Source: Setoptus koraiensis
Lineage: Eukaryota; Animalia; Arthropoda
DNA: 64,000 bases
NCBI GenBank assembly: GCA_048013815.1
Contig: CM106586.1
Coordinates: 15,376,001-15,440,000, forward strand
Direction of reading: 5' to 3'
Below are positions 1 to 11,175 of the stretch, one piece after another. Both the position numbers and the translations under genes were made by a program. The notes under the pieces are model-generated. The model was not told where the DNA came from and did not search any database. It saw nothing but the letters and a program-made list of their open reading frames with translations. Numbering within the stretch: position 1 is the stretch's first letter; the number at the start of each line of letters is the position of its first letter.

Positions 1-3000
1 TGAGCTGAAAGCTTTTTGAGCGATTTTTATTCTCGAGTTGCGTCGCGCAAGTTGTGTCGCGGCGACCCGACTGACCCGTTGTTGGTCGGTCTGTGGCGCT
101 GGCAATTTTTTAAAAAAAAAGAGACACAATTCGCCAAAACGAAGCAGACAGCAAAGCGGAAAAGTGGCCAGCTCACGAGCCGAAATGGCCGAATAGCTGG
201 ATAAAGTGTGTTCACCTGTCACTGGCTGCTGCTGCACTTGAACTGACGGTGGCGCTGGCGCTGGCATAAATAAAGAAATAAAATAAAATGACGATAACAC
301 GATGATAAAATCAAATGTAAAATTGAGCCATTGTGGTTGATTTTATCATTTCGAGGCGTCGTCGCCGGCAACCGGCCGGGGTTGCACAATGGAGACAGTT
401 GATTGCTCTGGCGCCGCCGCCGCCGCTATCATTCATTGTGAGCGCGGAGGTGATAATTTGGCCCTGTTCGCATTGTGTCTTTTTGCCAAAAATTGGCCCG
501 CTCTCTTTGTGTGTCTGTGGTCGTCAATAGTTATTAAAATTAGCCAGCTATCGACTGATTTAGCTGGCTCTGTTACCGAGCTTGTGAAGGCTGGCTTGCC
601 AAGTTGGCAGCGACTGACTTGTGAGACGCTCGGCTAACGGGACGCTCGGCTAACGGGACGCTCGGCAAACGGGACGCTCAGCGATCCAACGGGCCGAACG
701 GGCCGAACGAGAGCAGACGCGACAAGGAACAAGGCGCAGCATCACGATGGAGCGTGACTTTCACTTGATGATGTGATCCCGTTCGACGTCGTGCACCCAT
801 TACGTAATTGTGCAGCGTCGTCGTCGCCGTCGTCGCCGTCGGTCCACAGGCGTACTGCAGCAGTCGCCAAGCCAGCACAGGTAGACGAGCTCAGGTATCG
901 GCGCAACTGGCAATTGTGACGCAATCGGCGCACCGTCTCTCGAACGGCGCGAATCTGTGCCCCGCTGTATGTGCATGCTCTGTGCAGTGTGCCGTCGATT
1001 GTTTGCTTCGACAAGCATCTATCCGATCGCCACTTGCTCTGGCGAGCGGTCCAATGGCGAGAGAGAGAGAGAGAGAGAGAGGCCGAATGAATCGGATCGA
1101 AGAATGTTGCGAAATCGGACGGCTCGCTGTGCGGATGAAGAGCGCACATCCGCACTTTATCCGCACAGCGAGCAGAGTGGCGCCGTGCGCAACAACCGAC
1201 AACAACTGACAACAACCGACAACAACCGGTCGATTGAGACACCAATTGATTGGACAGTATCTATTGATAATGCTTTTCGCAACACTTTCGACGGCACTTT
1301 TAATAACACTCTCGAAAATATCCTTTCGATAACGTCGACGCCGTTACTTTTGATACTTCGACGATGTTGCGGCCACTTTTGGCGCTGCACTGACAACAGA
1401 CACCGACAACACACTGGCAACACACTGGCAACGAGCGACCGACGCCAACAACTAATTGGACGGCAACAAAGAGCGCCAAAGTAAATCATGCTCGCCTTAA
1501 TAGCGAGCTCTTACGCAACAAATTATCCTTGTATCGTCCGCTTGAAGCGAGCCCAGCGCCGTTTAGCCGTTCAGCCGTTTAGAGCTGTCGTCAATTAAAT
1601 CGTGGGCGGCTAAATCAGTTTCGGATTTGCTGCTCATCGCATTATGCCTTTGATTGGATATTTTTCGATATTTTCAAATGTTTCGAAACATTTGAAATGT
1701 TTCGAGAAATTTTTGAATTCGAGTTGCGCATCCAGCGATCACTCACAAAACGTCCGTTCTCATTTTTGAGATTCGTTTGTGGATATCCACGCATTGTTGC
1801 CACTTGTTTGCTTTGACCGTCTCTGTTTGACCGTTTTCCACTTGACTGTTTGCGCGGCTTAGCGACATCGGCGGCCTTCGACTCGGGCCGCCCCAACACC
1901 GACTGTCGCCGGCCCGGCGGCTCGGTCTCGGCGGCTCGGGCCAGGCAGCGCACAACGGCCCGATTTGAGCGATTCGGCGCGACAGAGCGCACCGTAAATG
2001 GGCTAGCGATTTGTTGTCCGATTCGTTGTTTCGTTCGCCAGGTTTGCTGTTCGAATGCCATTGGGACCTGGCCGCGCCATTGGCGAGCCATCGGCCAGGG
2101 CCCGGCCGGCGACGCGGCCAAATTCAATTATAATCTAATGGCCGAAACGGGACAAACGCATGCGCGAGATGATACAAGTTGATGATGTTCCCATTGTCTT
2201 TGGCTGGATGTTGGCTCCTATTTAATCTCTCGCTCGCTCTGTCATTCTCGGCTCTCTCTATCTCGGCTCTCTCGCTGTCGGCTGATGAGTGGATTACAGG
2301 TTGGCCGGCCGAGTCGGGCCAGCGCACACAACTGATAAGAATTGATTACCTAAAACAACATCATTGAGTGGCGCTGGTGGCGTCAATTTAATTTTTAATT
2401 TGTTCCTCTGCCGTCCCTCTGCTGACTCTCGCTGCAGCGACTGTCGGCTGACCATGCAGTCGCTGCATGAGAGTCGGGCTCGGTTATCTCTCACTTATCT
2501 CTCACTTATCCGGCCGGCGCCATTGGCAACGAACATGTTTCGCCAGGTAGCCGTCGGGTGGCTGGCGAAAGCTGGCGGCGCCTGACGTGCGGTTTCGTCT
2601 CTCTCTCTGTTGTGTGCACAATGTGTTGTCGTCGGCCGAGCCGATTGTTGTCGGACGGTCGCACAGTCCGACCGTTTGACAGTCCGAGCGGCCGAGACTC
2701 CAAGACTGAGAGTCCGAGCGGCCGACAGTTGCACAGTCCGAGAGCTGGACAGTCCGAGAGCCGCAAAGTCGGAACGGCTTCGGCTCGCCGGACAGCGCCG
2801 GCATCTGACAGTGAGCGGCGCCAGCGACCGAATCATTGTCATGCTCTTGAGGGCGCCCAAAGAGTTGTTGACTTTTGACATTGTGCTGCGGCCAACGTTG
2901 CGCTGAAACGCAACCAACATAGACAGCCAATTGAAACAACCGATCGAAGCGCCAACAAGCTGTGCACTTGACAAACAAACAAACAATAATCAGCTAACAA

Positions 3001-3297
3001 CATTGCTAATCAACAGATTGCATCACTCTTATGGCCGCTAATACAATAACTACTACTGTACTGTATGCGCAGTGTGTCAGCGGTATCAGCTGTGTGTTGT
3101 TTGTTTTTATATGTAAACTGTCAGTTTGCGAATTGACAGTCAGCTGTTTGCGCAAGTAAACTGACAGTCAGCTGTTTGTTCAAGTGAACTGTCAGTTGGC
3201 TGCGTGTGTGTGTGTGTCGGGCAACAACTAATTGCCATTGATTATGATGCTGTCGCCCGGAGGTGCCAATAATGTTCGCTTATCGACGCATGTTACG

Positions 3298-3298
<1 letters not shown>

Positions 3299-3364
<66 letters not shown>
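3299..3364. repeat. (CA)33 microsatellite
   Basis: Direct reading. Confidence 0.97.
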
Positions 3365-3365
<1 letters not shown>

Positions 3366-6300
3366 CAATTAATCGTTTATTGTCGGCTGGCGCTGAATTG
3401 ATGAATCGACTCTGTTTATTGGCGCCATTTATTGGCCGCATCTAACACTGGCATCTGACACTGGCTAACACTGTCCAATTGTGTTGTTGTGTCCAAACTG
3501 TGGTGCGGCCAACCTGTTGCCGAGCCCCAATTGCAAACAACTGCCAACTACTGCCAACAACCGCAAACAACTGCCAACTACTGCCAACTACTGCAAACAA
3601 CTGCAACAACCGTTAACAACCGTTAACAAGCGCAAACAAGCGCACACAGCAAACTGGCTGACAAAGTAAGCAATATGATGATGCAATGTCCAATCAATTC
3701 AATCAATTCGCGCGCCCTCAACCTTCAATTAACAGATACCCATCGGCTACCTAAATTGATCGAGCGATGCTGGCAAGCCGACTGGACATGATAAACATGA
3801 TTAACACGAACTGATGGCGCTAATCACCTGACATTGGCAATCAAAATGTTGTTTTGTTGCTGGGGCGCAGCATTAATCCGGCTTGTTCAGCGACCGCCAA
3901 TAACGAAGGGCCAATGGACCAAAAACAATAACAACACAACAATCGTTTATTGGCAGCGACGTTTTGCGAATAGTGGATAAATGAAAAGTCGACAACAATA
4001 ATTGAACGACAGGCCAATTGTTGTGCTCGTCCGATCGATCTCGCCAACTGGCACTGATCAAATTGGGCAAATTGAGCAAATTGAGCAAACTGAGCACACT
4101 GAGCAAACTGAACAAACTGAACAAACTGAACAAATTTATCAAATTGAACAAATTGAGTATTCTCGAGTGCTTCGCTCTACGACAGCGACCGCACAATTGT
4201 TTGCCTTTGCCAGCCGACTCGCCAACACGCTGGCGAGCGACAGTTGGCGAGCCGGCCATCGGGCTAATTGAGTGGCCGCAGTGGCCGCCAACTTGTGGGC
4301 TCATCAGCCTGGCAGCTTCTCGGATTTTCGGCTTCGCGGGTTCTCAACTTTTGCGCTTGGCGGCCCGCGAACGAGCGGGCCAAAACGGACAGTTTTGCCC
4401 GACTGCAGTTTCGAGACGATAATAATAAAGGGGCGCCATTTAGCGGATTACAAACAAAACAATTGTCGCCGTCGTGACGACCACCCACATCATGAACGGT
4501 GGCGTGACTCGGCCTTGTTGCGCCACCACAACGCCCGCCCGAAATACCTGTCTGAGACGACCTGTTGCTGCTGCGAGCTCGCCGTCATTGGGTGGTCAGT
4601 TTGGCCGGTCCTAATCACTGTCTGGCGGAGTGTTTGCAGTACCTGTAGACTCTACAGTGTAGACTCGACCGTGTAGACTCGACAGAGTAGACTCGACAGA
4701 GTAGACTCGACAGAGTAGAGAGTGTTGCCCCAACGCACAAACGCCACTCACACAAAAGCCAGCAATGGCGTGATTATGATTTATAGAGAAATGGACGGAT
4801 AAATAGATATCGGCGAGCTCGTTGGAAGAGGCTCAATCGAGCCACTGACAAACAAACGCTCAACGCTTAAACAATCAGCGCGCGACACTCAATTTCGTCA
4901 AAGGTCAACGACTGGCCACACCGGGCGACGACGCACACGCACACTACATTGTAGCGACTACAATGGTGACCATTGGAGAAACACACACACACACGCACAC
5001 TCTTTAATAAATTGCATAATAAATTTTATCAAATTTATTATGCAATTTATTATTGCGCAATGCCGGCGAGTGACAGCGGCAACGCTGATTTGCGCACTGA
5101 ATTTGTGAATCTGGCCAAATGTGTGCGTTATTGTTGTTGGTGTCGCTGTTGTTGCGAATAGACACATTGATGGATTGCAATTGCGCAAGTGTAAATTGAT
5201 TGTCATTATTGCCGCTATTATTCAAATCAGCTGGTCGCACGTAGCCAGCTGATCTGATCTGTAATAGTGCACAGTTTATACGCGTTGCACATTGCACAGT
5301 GCATTGCATTGACACATCGTACCAACTCACCTGAGCGCGCTGTCACAATCCAGAGCTGTCATTCAGTGGTCAGCGTGCGCGTGCGCATCGTGAACCAGCA
5401 ATGACAGGTGACAAGTGCCAATGACAAGTGCCAATGACAAGTGTACAATATCAGCGACGCACCGATAGGTGGCCTCTAATATTGCACACTCCAATATTGA
5501 CTGTGCCGATTGCGCAATCAACAGCGCACTTGCGCAACGCTGTCACATAACTGTTGCGAAATTGTTGTGCGACTGTTGCGCAACTGTTGCATAACATACA
5601 CTGTCATGCGTATTATATTTAGCTCATTATGTTTAGCGTTGCCAAGCGCGCTCGTGTGCATTACGCAACTTGTATTACGCAACACAGGTGAGGTGACACG
5701 GTCAGTCACACGAGTGCAAGTGCCGGCGAGTGCAAATGAGCGGGCCAATTAGCCAAATGGCCCAACTGTTGCCATTGTGCCGGCGACGATGAGCCGGCCA
5801 CGCTGAGCCGACGGTGAGCCGGCGATGGGCGATGATGGCAACAAGAGCAAGCCAGCGATTTGATTGAAAATCGGACAAAATTGAGCGCGAAAAGCGCGCC
5901 TATTTGCACGAACGATGCGCCCTCCAACCGACCAACCGTCCAACCGTCCAGCCAACCCGCCAGACTGCCAAACTGTGCGTCTCACCCGTCCAGCCCGACG
6001 AATCGCCCGTTGTCGTCTGATTCGCCCGATTTATCCATTCGTCCATTTCCGATCGGAAATTGGATGCGTGACGCCGGCCAGTCGGGCCGGTCGAGCCGAT
6101 CTGGCCGACTGTGGCCGTAGCGGCTCATTGGCCAACAGTGCGGCCAACGCAAGCCAACGGCCGTGCCCAAGGTGGCCGCACAGTTGGCCGTCGCACAGCC
6201 GGCCTAAACGAATGGCACGACCAAATTATCACTTGCTAAAAGATGTTTATTTGCGATTGTTGCTTCTCACACTGTCAGACGGTGTCGAGCGAGTGAATTG

Positions 6301-8312
6301 GCGCTGAAAATTGTCGACGATTTGCAACACTCTCGCTCTGTGTGTGTGTGCAACTAACTGCGTGTAACGGTGCCTGGCATTGTGGCAGCACCAAGACAAT
6401 GAGCCCGACACCGGCCAGCTCAGGTGAGATGGTCAGTGCGAGGGCCAACAAAGGCAAACAACGGCTCGGCGGCTTGGCGGCGCTTTCACGGTCAATTGGG
6501 CACTTTCTGCCCTCACGAAAGGTGCCAATATCGCCAATATCGCGATGGCAGCGGCGCTCGGGCGCCCGAACGTCCGAGCGTTCGAACGTTCGGACGGTCG
6601 AAGGCTTCGAGCCGCTTCGCCCGGCTCGCCCGGTTCGAGGGCGCCGGCCTTTCGGTCGCGCTTCGAAGCGGCCGCTCGCGAAGCGTTCGATCGAACCTGT
6701 TTGCTCGATGCGCGTCGCTCGCTGTCAGTGCCAGTGACGACAGCGACAACAGCGACAACGACGACGGCGACGGCGACCACGCCGACAACAGAAATATCCC
6801 ATGCTCGCCTTCATGCTAATTCGCTGATTCCGAACGCTGATTCGCTCGCCGATTCGCTCGCTGATTCGCGCCGTCTCAGATAATATCTCGAGTAAAATCG
6901 GGCGCTCGTCGGATTGGCGCCAAGGGTTGAACACAACGACAACAATTGTCGATTGTAGCGATATTGGCAACATGTTCACACGATTAGGAACGCACAACGC
7001 CTAATCGCTCTGTAACGGCATTTGTTATCCACTGGTGAATATCGCTGCCGTTGCAAATACAAACACACAAACTCGCACAAATTTCTGTGCCATTTTTCTC
7101 TGGCTTTTTGGTTTCTGCAGTTTCTTTGGTTTCTGCAGTTTTTTCGGTTTCTGTAGCTTGGTCGCTTTTTTAGTTTCTCTGGCGGCTAGCTCGCCACCAG
7201 CGACAGCTAATCCTGTGCAGAATTGGCCCCGAAATGAGCGCCAGTTTCAGCTGCTGCGCACAAGCGGCCATTGTGGGCATAGCACAGATTTAAGGGTTGC
7301 GACTGGCAACTTGCGATGAAAATCCAGATAAGTCCGGCAAAATGATAAATCAAGCGGAGTGAGCGCGCCAAAATAGGGCAAAAGTGCCAATGCAAAAGTG
7401 GAAATTGATTTTGAGCTTTTTCTCTCGCTTGAGCCGTGTGTGTGTAGACTCTGGCCACTGGACAGATATTGTCTAGCGGACGGAGTAGTTTTCGGCCAGT
7501 AGCGCCGGTCCCATCCATACTCGACGGTGTCATCCATGGTCGACGGTGCTATCAAGGTCGCTATCTGAGGTGGCCCTTGCAACATTGTACGTGGGCAACC
7601 GCTGAGAATCGTCCGAGTCAGTCCATTCATGAGAATCGAGCCAGCGCACACAAACAGCGGACGTCAACTCATGTTATGCAATATTGTGTAATACTATGCA
7701 ATATTATTATGTAATATTATTATGCAATATTATTATGCAATATTATTATGTAATATTATGTTGTAATATGTTAGATTATGTTATATTGTGTGAGTCGACA
7801 GGTGGCACAAAAGTCAACGACAAGCAAGCGAAGAGCGACATTGAAAGCATTGTTGTCGTCGTTGTTGTCGAGTTGCAAGTGCAACAAGTTCAATTTGCAT
7901 TGTAAGCGATCCATTTGTCGCCAGTTGGCCAAGGGTCGTTTGCGTAACTGTCGAGACGCTCGCCTGGCACTGTTACGCAAACACAGGCAAACAAACACGA
8001 CAACAAACACGACAACAAACATGACAACAAACAAACAACAACAAACGAGTCAGCTGATGTGGCCGGCCACATCAACAACTTAATTATTGTTCACGCGAGC
8101 GCACTAACAATCACAACTTGTGAGCCACAAGCTTGCCAAATGTGCAAATGAGCGAGTGAGCGAGTGAGCAAATGAGCAAATGAGTTGCCTAATTAGGACA
8201 ATAACGTGGCTATTTGTTGTGCGATGCCGAGATTGTATCATCATCTATCAAATGTCAGTGTCGGCATCAGATGATGGCCACACAGTTAGTGTCAGTTGGG
8301 CACACAACAGCC

Positions 8313-8430
8313 ACAGGTAAGCGAGCGAGCGACAGGTAAGCGAGCGGGCGACAGGTAAGCGAGCGGGCGACAGGTAAGCGAGCGGGCGACAGGTAAGCGA
8401 GCGAGCGACAGGTAAGCGAGCGAGCGACAG
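8313..8430. repeat. 19-bp minisatellite ACAGGTAAGCGAGCG(A/G)GCG, 6 copies
   Basis: CAGGTAAG at 8314, 8333, 8352, 8371, 8390, 8409. Confidence 0.96.
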
Positions 8431-8673
8431 TTGGGCAAGCGAGGCCGAGAGGAGGCAGCGAAACAGGTGAAGTGCAAACAACTTGTCAAGACCACACGAC
8501 ATGTAACATATGACATGGGCAAATATGACGCATATATGCAAAGTTGCGTGTGTCGACAAGCCGCAAGTTGCGCGTCACGAACACTATTAATTAAGACCAA
8601 CGATCATGTTACATCACAGCACAGCTTGCATAGTGTGTGATATTATGTAATTAATCGTCGTTATCGTTGGCCA

Positions 8674-8797
8674 TACCGCTAGTATCAGCAGTATCACTCG
8701 TACCGCTAGTATCAGCAGTATCACTCGTATCGCTAGTGTCAGCAGTATCACTCGTATCGCTAGTGTCAGTAGTGTCAGTAGTGTCAGTAGTGTCAGT
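8674..8797. repeat. 27-bp repeat x3 running into (TAGTGTCAG)n 9-mers
   Basis: Units start at 8674, 8701, 8728; 9-mers follow from about 8761. Confidence 0.9.
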
Positions 8798-11099
8798 GGT
8801 ATTGTCAGTGTTGGGCCTTGCGTAATGTTTGGTTGTTGCATCATCGCCTGTCGTCTAATAGACAGTGTCTAGCGAGATGGCCATCACAATGGTCGCAATG
8901 GTCGTCATAGAGCCACCAACCAATCATTTGAATCATTTCAATCATTTCAATGACTGTATCACAGGCCCACACACAACAGGTGAGTGTCGGCTTGAGCCAA
9001 GTCACACTAAAAGTCTAAATTAGTCACTATTGTGTGTCTGTGTCGTGTAATAAACAGTGTGTGTGTGTGTGTGTGTCGTGGGTCGCATCAATAGGCTCGC
9101 ATTTATCACCTAACGTTTTATTTGTGTTACGTCATACAATCAAGCGTAATCGCGCTGTGCGAGCTTGCCCACTGGACAGGTGCACGCTGGCGGTTGTTGT
9201 TGCTGTTGTTGTCGTTGTTGCAGTTGCTGTCGTTGTTGTTGGCGTTGTTGTTGTTGTTACAAGTCAATAACAACAACGACATGCCACATAACATAAGGCG
9301 CATGCAGAGCATAAAGGCCCGAGACGGAATACAATAGATTACCGAGACGGCCGCTTCCATGACGACGACACACATATGCGTCTTCATGCGATATTCATGA
9401 GATGGCACGGAAAAAGTTGTTGTTGTTGTTGTCGTTGTTGTTGCTGTTGTTGTTTGTTTATTTGTTTGTTTATTTGTTTTCGCGCTCGCTTGTCCGCTGC
9501 CTGTTCGGCTGCTCGTCCGTTTGTTTGCCGCTGTCCGCTAATGCCAACAGGTAACTGCAAAAATATTCTATTGTCTTAGTTACCTGTTGGTATTAGCGAT
9601 GGCAGCCGGGCCAGTGCTGACCCAGGCTGAACTATCGTCAATTCATTAGAGCGAAGCCAGTAAAACCCCATTGTGCGCAATGTTTGAATAATGCACAGGA
9701 TAATCAAATGATTAATGAATTTATTTGTGTTCGCTTGTCTCGTTATATTATAAGATATAACTCATTCTGCATTCATTCTGACCATTGTGAGCCACTGACG
9801 GACGGGCTTATGTTACATAAGTTACATAATTATCCATATATATATATATATATATATATATGCTTATAATATCATTATATTATCATTTTATTTATATTTG
9901 TTGTATATGCATGGTATGGTGCGATGAAAAATGTATTATATGTGCAAACTAATTGATGCGATCCATCTATCGTTCCAACGATTGGAATTCAATCAATGGA
10001 ATCGAAAATTCGGAAGAAGAATCGAAAATTGCCCGCCTGTTTCCGGTCACTCTCAACCGGAAACAAGGGGATGTTGTCTTGGGATTGTTGAGCCATCTCG
10101 TAAGTCATGAGCCGGCTGGGATGGGTATTCCGAACAACACAGTTACTCATTGTGTGATGATGCTCATTGCGACTCAACCGGTCAGCTGTATCCAACAAAA
10201 CATTGTGGCTACACTCGGCGAGCCGCTCATCTGGTGCGACCGTCATGATTTGGCCTAATCTAATCCCGTTACTTGCTACTTGTGTTGCTGTGGCAACATT
10301 GTATTGTCTAAGCCGCCTGGCTAAATCAAATAAAGTAAAGCCTGAGAGGCGAATTAACTTGTTCGATTTGCAATTTGTAATTTATAATTTGTAATAAGCA
10401 AACAAGAGGCAATAAATTGATTGAGACAAACAATCAAGCTCTGGCCCATTGGGTCTGTCCGTTTGTAGGCAATGGACAATGCCAAAATATGATTGATCAG
10501 CTGCGCCGGACAACGGCAGCAACCAACCAGCAACATGGAGTAGAGAATTGAATTGTCTCTCTGGCGAGCTTCCGATTCGAACGTCGCTTCCAATTCGAGC
10601 GTCGCCTCCAATTCGAACGTCGCCAGTCCAATCGGAAGCAACGCTCGAAGCGCCGCTCATCCCAACAGCAACCAACAAGCAAACAAACCAACCAACGAAC
10701 AAACTGTTAGAATCGGCCATCCGAACGCATAATCGCGTGGTCACATTACGTAATCACCATGGTCAGTTGTTGTTGTGACAAATCGCTCGCACTGACCTAG
10801 AATTCAAGATAATCTCTGGCGATATCTAGAGAATGTCCGGCAAATGCCTCGCTGAATGTGATTGCAAAACATGCTGGACTAAACTGCGGCTTGCAGTTCG
10901 CAATCAGGTGACGCTCGCAAGATCACATTTCGAGCGTCCAATCGGCTCAAAATCTCGCCATCGATGGTCCGGTGGCGAGTTGGAGTGCTCAGCTGTCTGG
11001 CTCACTGGCTCATCTCCGAAATCTATCCAAGATCGCTCATTCAAACATTTCGCCATTATCGCCCAACCCTGAAATCTTGCCATTTCGGGCGACAAAAGT

Positions 11100-11175
11100 G
11101 AGCGACAAAATCGAGCGACAAAATCGAGCGACAAAATCGAGCGACAAAATCGAGCGACAAAATCGAGCGACAAAA
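11100..11175. repeat. 13-bp tandem repeat GAGCGACAAAATC x5.8
   Basis: Direct reading. Confidence 0.95.
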
